Positions 11,014-20,001 of a stretch of DNA of 64,000 bases are shown in pieces. The DNA lies in the NCBI GenBank assembly GCA_947631455.1, contig CANRLH010000002.1, forward strand, positions 155,312 through 219,311. The letters run 5' to 3'. How positions within the stretch are numbered: the stretch's first letter is position 1; every line of letters begins with the position of its first letter. The stretch is from an uncultured Clostridia bacterium (lineage in GTDB: Bacteria; Bacillota; Clostridia; Oscillospirales; Ruminococcaceae). The position numbers and the translations under genes were made by a program. Under the pieces are notes generated by a model. That model was given only the letters and a program-made list of their open reading frames with translations, was not told the origin of the DNA and searched no databases.

Positions 11014-11636
11014 AGCCGCTTAGAATTGCGCTTACAAAAGGAAGACTTGAAAAGGACACGGTAGGTCTTTTTGAAAAGATAGGATATGACTGCACTGCTG
11101 TCAGAGAAAAGGGAAGGAAGCTTATTCTCCCGATAGACGGCGGACGGATAGAGGCGGTTTTGGCCAAGGCAAACGACGTTATCACATATGTTGAACACGG
11201 AGTCTGCGATATGGGAGTCGTCGGAAAAGACACCATCATGGAAATGGGCGGTTCGTTTTTCGAGCTTTGCGATCTTGGCTTCGGAAGATGTCGGTTTGCG
11301 CTTGCAACCAAAAAGGGAAGCCCTTTTTACGGCGGATACGGAGTAAAAACCATTGCCACCAAATATCCCAATGTTGCAAGAAGCTACTTTGAGAGCAAGG
11401 GTATGGATATTGAGGCGATAAAAATAGAGGGTTCGGTAGAGCTTGCGCCTTTGCTTGAGTTATCTGACGGAATAGTTGATATTGTCGAAACGGGTACAAC
11501 GCTTAAGGAAAACGGACTTCAGGTGATCGAAGACATTGCTCCTGTTTCAGCGAGGGTAATAGTAAACACCGTTTCGATGAAGCTGAGGCAAAAAGAAATC
11601 GAAGAGCTTTTAAATCTTATGGAAAAAAACAAGTGA
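11010..11636 (+). CDS. hisG: ATP phosphoribosyltransferase, short form
   Basis: 208 aa with LRIALTKGRL N-terminus and DIVETGTTLKENGL motif. TTG start overlaps the hisZ stop. Confidence 0.9.
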   Translation: MKPLRIALTKGRLEKDTVGLFEKIGYDCTAVREKGRKLILPIDGGRIEAVLAKANDVITYVEHGVCDMGVVGKDTIMEMGGSFFELCDLGFGRCRFALATKKGSPFYGGYGVKTIATKYPNVARSYFESKGMDIEAIKIEGSVELAPLLELSDGIVDIVETGTTLKENGLQVIEDIAPVSARVIVNTVSMKLRQKEIEELLNLMEKNK

Positions 11637-11646
11637 GGATAAAGAT

Positions 11647-12939
11647 ATGATAAAGAGAATATATGCCGATGGAAAGGCGGAGCGCGAGTTTTTTGAGGAA
11701 CTTGACAAGCGTTCAGGAGAAACCGACAGAGAGATCACCGAAAAGGTCAGCGCTATCATAGCTGATGTTAAAGAAGGCGGTGACAATGCAGTAAAGGATT
11801 ATACCAAAAGGTTTGACGGCATAGAACCTGAGTATTATGAGGTTCCCAGAGACGTTATAAACGATGCTCTGACCGATGCCTATGAAAATGACTATGAGTT
11901 TGTTGAGGCTCTTTTGAACGCTCAGGAAAATATTACTGAATTTCATCAAAGACAAAAGTCGCAGTCGTTTGTTGATACCAAGGAAAACGGTGTGGTATTA
12001 GGACAGCGTGTCCGCGGACTGGAGCGTGTAGGTCTATATGTTCCCGGCGGAACGGCGGCATATCCGTCAAGTGTTTTGATGAACGCGATTCCCGCCAAGA
12101 TCGCCGGTGTTAAGGAAATAATTATGGTAACGCCGCCGTTAAAGGACGGTAAGCCCAACAGGGATATTCTGATTGCGGCGGCTATATGCGGAGTCGACAG
12201 GATATTCATGTGCGGAGGAGCGCAGGCTGTCGCGGCGCTTGCCTACGGAACTGAGGAGATACCCAAGGTAGACAAGATAGTCGGGCCGGGAAATATATTC
12301 GTTGCCACGGCAAAAAAGCTTTTGTACGGGGTTGTGGATATAGATATGATAGCAGGCCCCAGTGAGATTTTGATTGTAGCGGATGAAACGGCAGATCCGA
12401 GGTACATTGCGGCGGATCTTATGAGTCAGGCTGAACACGATAGACTCGCGTCGTCAATTCTTGTCACTACCTGCGAGGAGATTGCCGACAAAACTCTCAC
12501 CGAACTTCACAAGCAGCTTAAAGACTTGTCAAGAAAAGACATAATAGAGGAGTCTTTAAGAAACCATGCGGCAATAATTGTTTGCAAGGATAAGCTTAAG
12601 GCTTGCGATATCGCAAACGAGCTTTCGCCGGAGCATCTTGAGGTGCTTTTTGAAAACCCGATGGAGTATGTGGGAAGGCTTGACAACGCAGGAAGCGTTT
12701 TCCTGGGCCAGTACGCTCCGGAGCCTTTGGGAGATTATTATGCGGGCCCGAACCACGTTTTGCCAACCGGAAAAACAGCACGGTTTTTCTCGCCGCTATC
12801 TGTAAACAGCTTTGAAAAGCGTTCAAGCTTTATATATTACACCCGCGACGCTTTAGCTTATGCAAAGGATGACATAGTTACCATTGCGCAGAGGGAAGGA
12901 CTTACTGCGCACGCAAATGCAATAAAGGTGAGATTTTAG
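11647..12939 (+). CDS. hisD: histidinol dehydrogenase
   Basis: 430 aa with [31 protein letters not shown] and PEHLE motifs. Confidence 0.95.
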   Translation: MIKRIYADGKAEREFFEELDKRSGETDREITEKVSAIIADVKEGGDNAVKDYTKRFDGIEPEYYEVPRDVINDALTDAYENDYEFVEALLNAQENITEFHQRQKSQSFVDTKENGVVLGQRVRGLERVGLYVPGGTAAYPSSVLMNAIPAKIAGVKEIIMVTPPLKDGKPNRDILIAAAICGVDRIFMCGGAQAVAALAYGTEEIPKVDKIVGPGNIFVATAKKLLYGVVDIDMIAGPSEILIVADETADPRYIAADLMSQAEHDRLASSILVTTCEEIADKTLTELHKQLKDLSRKDIIEESLRNHAAIIVCKDKLKACDIANELSPEHLEVLFENPMEYVGRLDNAGSVFLGQYAPEPLGDYYAGPNHVLPTGKTARFFSPLSVNSFEKRSSFIYYTRDALAYAKDDIVTIAQREGLTAHANAIKVRF

Positions 12940-12956
12940 TTTTTAGGAGAATTTTT

Positions 12957-14027
12957 ATGCAGAGTAAATGGGAAGAAAATATAAGAACGGTGACGCCTTA
13001 CATTCCCGGAGAGCAGCCGAAAGGCACGGATATTATAAAGCTTAACACCAATGAAAATCCTTATCCGCCTTGCAATGGTGTTAAGAAGGTGATAAGGGAC
13101 TTTAAAACAAATGACCTTAGGCTTTATCCTGATACGGATTCAACCGCTCTTAGAAATGCGCTTGCTGAAAGATATGAGGTGAAACCTGATCAGGTGTTTT
13201 TGGGAGTAGGCTCAGACGATGTTTTATCTTTGGCGTTTCTGGCTTTTTTTGCGTCATATAAGCCTGTTCTTTTCCCGGATATAACCTATTCATTCTATGA
13301 TGTTTGGGCCGATGTGTACAAAATTCCGTACAAAACTGTGCCGCTTGACGAGAACTTCAGAATAGATCCCAATGGCTATAAGCAACCAAACGGAGGAGTT
13401 GTATTTCCGAATCCCAACGCCCCGACGGGAGTGCTTGAGAAAATAGATACCGTTGAGGAAATTGTGAGCTCAAACAAAGATTCTGTCGTAATTGTCGATG
13501 AGGCGTACATAGATTTCGGCGGAAAAAGTGCCGTGCCGCTTGTTAAAGAATATGATAATCTTCTAATAGTTCAGACATTTTCAAAGTCGCGCTCACTGGC
13601 GGGAGCGAGAATCGGCTTCGCAATCGGTTCTGAGCGGCTTATAAAGCATCTTAACAACGTAAAGTTTTCGGTTAATTCATATACAATGAATCGTTTGACT
13701 CAAGCGTGCGGGCTTGCGGCGGTTTTGGATGAGCAGTATTTTTCCGATGTTGTTTCAAGAATAATAACGACTCGTGAAAGACTTAAGTTTGCGCTTTCTG
13801 TAATGGGCTTTCAGCTTACTGATTCTAAGGCGAATTTCGTATTTGCCAGTCATAAAATGCTGAGTGCAAAGGAGATTTACGAAAGCTTAAGGAAAAGGAA
13901 GATATATGTAAGATACTGGGACAAGCCAAGAATCGGCAATTATCTCAGGATCACTGTCGGAACCGATGAGCAGACGGATAAGCTGATTGCTGCCTTAAAA
14001 GAAATATTAAGTGAAAGGGGCTTGTGA
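12957..14027 (+). CDS. hisC: histidinol-phosphate aminotransferase
   Basis: 356 aa with LNTNENPYPP, YPD and the TFSKSRSLAGARIG PLP-lysine motif. Confidence 0.9.
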   Translation: MQSKWEENIRTVTPYIPGEQPKGTDIIKLNTNENPYPPCNGVKKVIRDFKTNDLRLYPDTDSTALRNALAERYEVKPDQVFLGVGSDDVLSLAFLAFFASYKPVLFPDITYSFYDVWADVYKIPYKTVPLDENFRIDPNGYKQPNGGVVFPNPNAPTGVLEKIDTVEEIVSSNKDSVVIVDEAYIDFGGKSAVPLVKEYDNLLIVQTFSKSRSLAGARIGFAIGSERLIKHLNNVKFSVNSYTMNRLTQACGLAAVLDEQYFSDVVSRIITTRERLKFALSVMGFQLTDSKANFVFASHKMLSAKEIYESLRKRKIYVRYWDKPRIGNYLRITVGTDEQTDKLIAALKEILSERGL

Positions 14028-14028
14028 A

Positions 14029-14607
14029 ATGAGAGAAGCTAATGTAAAAAGGACTACCAAAGAGACAGACATCTCAGTATATCTGAATCTTGACGGAGAA
14101 GGAAAAACCGATATAGATACCGGTATAGGCTTTTTTGACCATATGCTTAACTCACTTGGGGTACATTCGGGATTTGATCTCACAGTAAAGGTAAAGGGAG
14201 ATCTTGAGGTCGACGCCCATCACACAGTTGAGGATACCGGAATTGTCATAGGACAGGCGATTTTAAAAGCGCTTGAGGATAAATCCGGGATAAAGCGTTA
14301 CGCAAGCTCGTATATTCCTATGGACGAAGCACTTGCGTTTTGCGCGATAGACATAAGCGCAAGACCGTACCTTGTTTTTAACGCTGAGTTTTTCGGCGAG
14401 AAAATGGGAGAAATGGACACGCAGCTTGTTGAGGAGTTTTTCAGAGCTCTTGCATTCAACGCAAAGATAACGCTGCACCTAAACTGTATTTACGGCAAGA
14501 ACGATCACCATATGTGCGAGGCGCTTTTTAAATCCTGCGCGCACGCGTTAAAAGAAGCTTGCAATATAACTTCCGGGGAAATTTTGTCCACAAAAGGGGT
14601 TTTGTAA
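14029..14607 (+). CDS. hisB: imidazoleglycerol-phosphate dehydratase
   Basis: RTTKETDI, GIGFFDHML, DAHHTVEDTGI and NDHHMCEALFK motifs. The ATG at 14029 lies just after the hisC stop and is preferred over the GTG at 14011. Confidence 0.95.
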   Translation: MREANVKRTTKETDISVYLNLDGEGKTDIDTGIGFFDHMLNSLGVHSGFDLTVKVKGDLEVDAHHTVEDTGIVIGQAILKALEDKSGIKRYASSYIPMDEALAFCAIDISARPYLVFNAEFFGEKMGEMDTQLVEEFFRALAFNAKITLHLNCIYGKNDHHMCEALFKSCAHALKEACNITSGEILSTKGVL

Positions 14608-15210
14608 ATGATAGCTATTATCGACTACGGAGCGGGTAATATTTTCTCCGTAAAAAATGCGCTTGATTTTCTTGGGGTAGAAAGCGTTCTAACTAAGGAT
14701 AAGTGCGAAATTGAAGCGGCAGACGCCGTGATACTTCCGGGCGTGGGAGCTTTTCCGTGGGCAATGGGAGAGCTTAACAAAAGCGGACTTGTGGCAACGG
14801 TAAAGCACGAAGCCGAAAGAAAGCCGTTTTTGGGAATATGCCTTGGAATGCAGCTTATATTTGAAAAGGGCTATGAGTTTTCAGAGTGCGAGGGGCTTGG
14901 ACTTATCCCGGGATATGTAGATAAGATAGACTCGCCCGATCTGATAATTCCGCATATGGGTTGGAACAGGCTTGAGGTAAACAACAAGGATTGTCCGCTT
15001 TTAGACGGACTTACGGGTGAAGACTATGTTTATTTTGTACATTCGTACAAAGCGTTTACCGATAACAAATACATAGCGTCTTATGTTGAGTACGGCTCAG
15101 AAGTACCTGCGCTTGTGCATGACGGAAAATTCGTGTACGGAGCGCAGTTTCACCCGGAAAAAAGCGGAAAAATCGGGCTTAAGATTTTACAGAACTTTGC
15201 GAATCTTTAA
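14608..15210 (+). CDS. hisH: imidazole glycerol phosphate synthase, glutaminase subunit
   Basis: [18 protein letters not shown] (catalytic Cys), FHPEKS. Confidence 0.95.
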   Translation: MIAIIDYGAGNIFSVKNALDFLGVESVLTKDKCEIEAADAVILPGVGAFPWAMGELNKSGLVATVKHEAERKPFLGICLGMQLIFEKGYEFSECEGLGLIPGYVDKIDSPDLIIPHMGWNRLEVNNKDCPLLDGLTGEDYVYFVHSYKAFTDNKYIASYVEYGSEVPALVHDGKFVYGAQFHPEKSGKIGLKILQNFANL

Positions 15211-15231
15211 AGGCGGTAAGGAGGGTAAACG

Positions 15232-16020
15232 ATGCTTGCTAAAAGAATAATACCTTGTCTTGACGTTCGTGACGGTAAGGTCGTAAAGGGAGTTAACTTT
15301 GAGGGAATAAAAGAGGTCGGCGACCCGGTCGAGCTTGCCTGTGAGTACAATTTGCAGGGAGCCGACGAGCTCGTATTCTACGACATTACCGCTTCTCACG
15401 AGGGAAGACGGGCTATGCTTGATGTTGTAGAAAATACCGCAAAAAAGGTTTTCATTCCGCTTGCAGTCGGCGGGGGAATTAAGACTATCGACGATATACG
15501 TGACACTCTGAGAGCGGGAGCAGACAAGGTCTCAGTAAATTCTCAGGCAGTAAAAAATCCCGACCTCATTAGAGAAGGCGCGGACATTTTCGGAAGCCAG
15601 TGTATAGTTGTCGGGATAGATGCAAAAAAGGTAGCTGACGGAAAATGGACAGTATACATAAACGGCGGAAGAATAGATATGGGACTAGACCTTATTGACT
15701 GGGCAAAAAAAGCAGCTGATCTGGGCGCAGGTGAAATATGCTTAAACTCTATTGACACCGACGGAGTCAGGGGCGGCTTTGACATTCCGATGCTTAACGC
15801 TGTGTGCAATAGCGTCAATATCCCGGTAATAGCGTCGGGCGGATGCGGAAAAATCGAGCATTTTTACGAAGCCTTTGAAAAGACAGATTGCTCGGCGGCA
15901 TTGGCGGCGTCGCTTTTCCACTTTAAGGAGCTTACCTGCGGCGAGGTGAAAGAGTATCTTTCAAAGCGGGGAGTGCCGGTGCGTACGGTAAGCCATAAGC
16001 TTGGACCCAGACTGTTTTGA
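15232..16020 (+). CDS. hisF: imidazole glycerol phosphate synthase, cyclase subunit
   Basis: [17 protein letters not shown] and IPVIASGG motifs identify HisF. HisA would read IIPAIDL. Confidence 0.95.
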   Translation: MLAKRIIPCLDVRDGKVVKGVNFEGIKEVGDPVELACEYNLQGADELVFYDITASHEGRRAMLDVVENTAKKVFIPLAVGGGIKTIDDIRDTLRAGADKVSVNSQAVKNPDLIREGADIFGSQCIVVGIDAKKVADGKWTVYINGGRIDMGLDLIDWAKKAADLGAGEICLNSIDTDGVRGGFDIPMLNAVCNSVNIPVIASGGCGKIEHFYEAFEKTDCSAALAASLFHFKELTCGEVKEYLSKRGVPVRTVSHKLGPRLF

Positions 16021-16033
16021 TGGAGACTGAGAT

Positions 16034-16390
16034 ATGAGTAAAATAAAGATCGACATAAATAGTTTAGACGAGTATTTTAAAAAAAGCGAGCTTATTCCGG
16101 CTATCGCTTTTGAAGCGGAAACGAAAACGGTTCTGATGCTGGCTTATATGAATAAGGAAAGCTTAAAAAAGACGCTTGAGACAGGATATACATGGTACTG
16201 GAGCAGGTCAAGGAGAGAGCTTTGGAACAAGGGCGCTACAAGCGGGCATCTTCAGAAGGTAGTTTCCATTTACGCGGACTGCGATAATGACACGCTGCTT
16301 GTAAATGTTAAACAAACAGGGGCGGCTTGCCACACGGGTTCATACAGCTGCTTTTTTAACGAGATCTACAGCGACAAAGGAGAAGAATAA
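16034..16390 (+). CDS. hisI: phosphoribosyl-AMP cyclohydrolase
   Basis: 118 aa with [18 protein letters not shown] and CDNDTLL...GAACHTG motifs. Confidence 0.9.
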   Translation: MSKIKIDINSLDEYFKKSELIPAIAFEAETKTVLMLAYMNKESLKKTLETGYTWYWSRSRRELWNKGATSGHLQKVVSIYADCDNDTLLVNVKQTGAACHTGSYSCFFNEIYSDKGEE

Positions 16391-16728
16391 TGACGGTTTA
16401 CGAGGAAATTTTTGAGGTCATCAAACAGCGGAAAAAGGCATATGAAAACGGTACGGCGCAGGAAAACAGCTATACCTGTTACCTGTTTGAAAAGGGCGTT
16501 GACAAGATATGTAAAAAGGTAGGGGAGGAAGCTACCGAGACGGTGATCGCCGCAAAAAATGGCGACAACGACGAGCTTAAAAACGAGATAAACGATCTTT
16601 TGTATCACATAATGGTGCTGTGTGCAAATCAGGGGCTCGAGTGGTCTGAGGTCGAAGAGGTTTTGAACGAGAGAAATGAAAAAATCGGAAACCTGAAGAA
16701 ATTTCACACCGTTGATAAGAACACTTAA
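16390..16728 (+). CDS. hisE: phosphoribosyl-ATP pyrophosphatase
   Basis: 112 aa MazG-like with SYTCYLFEKGVDKICKKVGEEATE and ELLYHIMVL. TAATG coupling to hisI. Confidence 0.9.
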   Translation: MTVYEEIFEVIKQRKKAYENGTAQENSYTCYLFEKGVDKICKKVGEEATETVIAAKNGDNDELKNEINDLLYHIMVLCANQGLEWSEVEEVLNERNEKIGNLKKFHTVDKNT

Positions 16729-16766
16729 AAAACAGGCAAGCGAAGTTTAACCCCGCTTGCCTGTTT
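16726..16766. terminator. bidirectional intrinsic terminator between the his operon and a convergent small gene
   Basis: 13-bp stem AAACAGGCAAGCG / CGCTTGCCTGTTT, flanked by an A-run and a T-run. Confidence 0.8.
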
Positions 16767-16773
16767 AAACTTA

Positions 16774-16950
16774 TCAGAACATATTTGAAAAGTCCTCAAC
16801 CATACTTCCTATAGCTTTCATAGCTTTTCCTGCGCCTGATTTAAGCTTTCTCTTGTCTTTGCTGCTTGCACAGCACAGAGCGTATGTCGCTGCGCCAACG
16901 ACCATTCCGACGCTTACGCCTTTTGCTAATGATGTGATTTTTACACTCAT
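16774..16950 (-). CDS. small hypothetical membrane protein (58 aa)
   Basis: The ATG at 16950 is preceded by GGAGG. There is one hydrophobic segment (GVSVGMVVGAATYALCCA) and a basic tail. No family was recognised. Confidence 0.5.
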   Translation of the reverse strand: MSVKITSLAKGVSVGMVVGAATYALCCASSKDKRKLKSGAGKAMKAIGSMVEDFSNMF

Positions 16951-17073
16951 AGTAATTACCTCCATTGATTTTGATATTATTATCCGCACACAGTCAAAAA
17001 CTATTCAAAAAATGTTGTTTATTATGAAAAAATATGATATACTTAATAAAGCTTGAAAACTTGGAGAAAAGGT

Positions 17074-17931
17074 ATGAACGACATAATAAAGGTTTGCGCA
17101 ATAAACGATATCTCCGGTGTGGGAAGATGTTCGCTGACGGTAATAATTCCCGTGCTGTCATATATGGGAATACAGGTGTGTCCGGTGCCGACGGCGGTAT
17201 TTTCAGCACATACCGGATATAAGGAATTCATCAAAAAGGATCTGACCGATTATTTAGGCCCGGCACTTGAGCATTATAAAAGGCTTGGCGTCAAGTTTGA
17301 CTGCGTTTACAGCGGATTCTTGGGAAGTGAGGAGCAGATAGATCACGTTCTTGATTTTCTGATAAGCTTTCCCGGTTCTCTAAAGCTGGTAGATCCTGTT
17401 ATGGGAGATAACGGCAAGCCGTATAAGACGGTAACGGATAAGCATATCAGGCGAATGTCTGCCCTTGTAAAGGAAGCTGATATAATCACTCCGAATATAA
17501 CAGAGGCAGCGATTTTGCTTGGCGAAGAGTATCCGGAGACTTTGATCTCGTCGGATACTGTAAAAAACTGGGCGCAAAGATTATCGGATATGGGCCCTGA
17601 AAAAATTGTTATTACTAGCGTTGCGCTTTCGGACAAAACGCTTTGCAACATAGGCTATGACAAGGTTAAAGACAGCTTTTGGATGGTGCCATGTCGTTAT
17701 GTTCCGGCGCATTATTCGGGAAGCGGAGATATGTTTGCAAGTATTCTGGCAGGAGGACTGTTAAAGGGCGAAAGTTTAAAAGATGCGGTATGCCGAGCAA
17801 CAGGCTTTACGGAGCTTGCGATAAAAACAACTTATGAGTGTAAAAATGAACCGCTTGACGGGATACTGCTCGAAAGCTGTTTGAGTGAGCTTTACGATGA
17901 TAATACGCCTAACAGGTGTATAGAGCTTTAG
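17074..17931 (+). CDS. pdxK: pyridoxal/pyridoxamine kinase family (ribokinase-like fold)
   Basis: The N-terminus reads INDISGVGRCSLTVIIPVLSYMGIQVCPVPTAVFSAHTGY and the C-terminus carries the GSGDMFASIL anion-hole motif. The ATG at 17074 follows a GGAGAAAAGG RBS. Confidence 0.75.
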   Translation: MNDIIKVCAINDISGVGRCSLTVIIPVLSYMGIQVCPVPTAVFSAHTGYKEFIKKDLTDYLGPALEHYKRLGVKFDCVYSGFLGSEEQIDHVLDFLISFPGSLKLVDPVMGDNGKPYKTVTDKHIRRMSALVKEADIITPNITEAAILLGEEYPETLISSDTVKNWAQRLSDMGPEKIVITSVALSDKTLCNIGYDKVKDSFWMVPCRYVPAHYSGSGDMFASILAGGLLKGESLKDAVCRATGFTELAIKTTYECKNEPLDGILLESCLSELYDDNTPNRCIEL

Positions 17932-17940
17932 GAGGTAACA

Positions 17941-18705
17941 ATGTTTCAGAATAAATATGAAATAATAAAAAAGAAAATGCTTTCTTATGATATAGTTGAT
18001 TTCACGGTTAAAAGTAAGGAGATTTCTAATGCAGCAACTGCCGGACAGTTTGTTCATATTAGCGCTCCGGGATTTTTTCTGCGCCGTCCGATATCCATAT
18101 GCGAAATAGGTAAAGCTGACGGCACGCTGAGAATAGTTTTTCAGATAAGAGGAAAAGGAACAGACTCTCTCTCAAAGCTTAATGAGGGCGAAAAAATGGA
18201 CATTTTAGGGCCGCTTGGCCACGGCTTTACGACAAATGACAGATTAAATTCAGTAATACTTATCGGCGGCGGAATAGGAACTCCGCCAATGCTTGAGCTT
18301 GCAAAATTTTATGGGGATAAGGCCAGGGTTATCACAGGATTCAAGACAAAAGAGCTTTCCATTTTAAGCGGCGATTTTAAATATGCGGGTGCACAGCTTT
18401 TTGAGTGTACGGACGACGGAAGTCTGGGCAGAAAGGGCTTTGTCACTGAAGAGCTAAGAGAGCAGATACAAATAAAAAAGCCCGATATGGTATTTGCCTG
18501 TGGCCCCGTGGTGATGCTTAAAGGTGTGAAGCAGATATGTGAGGAGCATGGCATTTTGTGCGAGATATCGCTTGAAGAGAGAATGGCGTGCGGAGTGGGT
18601 GCGTGTCTTGGATGTGCCGTTAAGCTGGATAAGGGAGAGGGCGAGTTTTACGGACACGTTTGCAAGGATGGCCCTGTCTTTTCATCAAAGGAGGTCGTGC
18701 TCTGA
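17941..18705 (+). CDS. pyrK: dihydroorotate dehydrogenase B, electron-transfer subunit
   Basis: FAD/NAD-binding fold (RRPISI, GGGIGTPP) and a C-terminal 2Fe-2S Cys cluster (CGVGACLGCAV...C). Confidence 0.9.
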   Translation: MFQNKYEIIKKKMLSYDIVDFTVKSKEISNAATAGQFVHISAPGFFLRRPISICEIGKADGTLRIVFQIRGKGTDSLSKLNEGEKMDILGPLGHGFTTNDRLNSVILIGGGIGTPPMLELAKFYGDKARVITGFKTKELSILSGDFKYAGAQLFECTDDGSLGRKGFVTEELREQIQIKKPDMVFACGPVVMLKGVKQICEEHGILCEISLEERMACGVGACLGCAVKLDKGEGEFYGHVCKDGPVFSSKEVVL

Positions 18706-19616
18706 TGGCAAATTTAGGCGTTGATTTTTTGGGCATTAAATTCAAAAACCCGATAGTTACCGCGTCGGGTGCTTACGGATACGGAAGAGAGTATGAATCA
18801 TTGTATCCTCTCAGTCGTCTTGGAGGAATTTCCACCAAGGGCACTACCATAAATGTGAAGGACGGAAATCCTCCGCCGCGAATCGCAGAGACGCCTATGG
18901 GAATGCTCAATTCCGTGGGCCTTCAAAACGGCGGCATCGACAAGTTTTTAAATTATGAGCTTCCTAATCTTATGACAAAGGATATAAGGATAATCGCTAA
19001 TATTGCAGGCTCAACGGTCGAAGAGTGCGCTTTGCTTGCAAGCAAGTTAAACGGTACGGCAGTCGATATGATTGAGCTGAACATTTCCTGCCCTAATGTA
19101 AAGCAGGGCGGAGCGGCCTTCGGAACGGACGCGAAAATCGCAGGAGAGGTGACTCGTGCTGTAAGAGACGCAAGCTCGCTGCCGCTTATGGTAAAGCTTT
19201 CTCCCAATGTTACAAGCATATCCGAAATTGCAAAAAGTGTTGAGGCAAACGGAGCTGACGCGGTATCGCTCATCAATACACTTCTGGGAATGAGGATCGA
19301 CATATCCACACGCCGCCCTGTCCTTAAAAATAACGTAGGCGGGCTTTCCGGTCCGGCAGTTTTTCCGATAGCTGTGCGGATGGTATGGCAGGTATCAAAT
19401 GCTGTTAAGATACCCGTATGCGGCATGGGAGGAATATCCTGCGGAGAGGACGCTGTTGAAATGATGATGGCGGGTGCGTCGCTTTTGCAGGTAGGTGCGG
19501 CTATTTTTAACGACGCGTATGCGCCTGTAAAGATCATCGACGAAATGAACGAGTGGTGCGACAAAAACGGAGTTACGGATATAAACGAGATAATAGGAAC
19601 TGTCAGGCCGTGGTAG
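18705..19616 (+). CDS. pyrD: dihydroorotate dehydrogenase B, catalytic subunit
   Basis: FKNPIVTASG, NISCPNVK, and GGLSGPAVFPIA. The ATG at 18705 overlaps the pyrK TGA. Confidence 0.95.
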   Translation: MANLGVDFLGIKFKNPIVTASGAYGYGREYESLYPLSRLGGISTKGTTINVKDGNPPPRIAETPMGMLNSVGLQNGGIDKFLNYELPNLMTKDIRIIANIAGSTVEECALLASKLNGTAVDMIELNISCPNVKQGGAAFGTDAKIAGEVTRAVRDASSLPLMVKLSPNVTSISEIAKSVEANGADAVSLINTLLGMRIDISTRRPVLKNNVGGLSGPAVFPIAVRMVWQVSNAVKIPVCGMGGISCGEDAVEMMMAGASLLQVGAAIFNDAYAPVKIIDEMNEWCDKNGVTDINEIIGTVRPW

Positions 19617-19629
19617 TTTTTAGAGTGAT

Positions 19630-19665
19630 AAACGCTTTGTGAGATTTTCTTGCAAAGCGTTTTGC
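19630..19665 (+). terminator. intrinsic terminator after pyrD
   Basis: Stem AAACGCTTTG / CAAAGCGTTT followed by TTT. Confidence 0.6.
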
Positions 19666-19713
19666 ATAAAAGTTATAAACGCTCCAAGAATGTTTTTACA
19701 AAGGAGTGTTTTT

Positions 19714-19950
19714 ATGAAAGGTAAACTTAAAAATCGTCTTACTGTGTCTCTTGCTGTTGCTTTTGCAATAACCGTCTTAATTTCGCCAAAAACTTCTGAG
19801 CAGTCATTTTTGTTTCCGGAGCTTACTGCGTTTCCTTCAATTGCGTTTGATAAGGAAAGCAATGAACCGGATAAAGGCAAAAGTGAAATAAGATGCCGTT
19901 TTTTTATATTTGAATTTATAAGGGATATTTTTTGTACAGATGATGGTTGA
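19714..19950 (+). CDS. hypothetical small secreted/membrane protein (78 aa)
   Basis: AAGGAG RBS 8 nt upstream of the ATG, with a signal-like N-terminus MKGKLKNRLTVSLAVAFAITVLI. No family was recognised. Confidence 0.4.
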   Translation: MKGKLKNRLTVSLAVAFAITVLISPKTSEQSFLFPELTAFPSIAFDKESNEPDKGKSEIRCRFFIFEFIRDIFCTDDG

Positions 19951-20001
19951 CGGATTTTTGTTTTTATTGTATACTTGATTTAATTCTAAGGGGGCGATCG
20001 T

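Noticed and set aside
18953-19564. Long antisense ORFs inside well-supported genes, for example 18953-19564 (pyrD), 20697-21332 (addB), 33289-33915 (purF), 555-1016 (frr/uppS) and 23962-24447 (addA).
   Set aside because: These are shadow ORFs opposite strongly conserved coding frames. They have no RBS and low-complexity Ser/Pro/Ile-rich translations.
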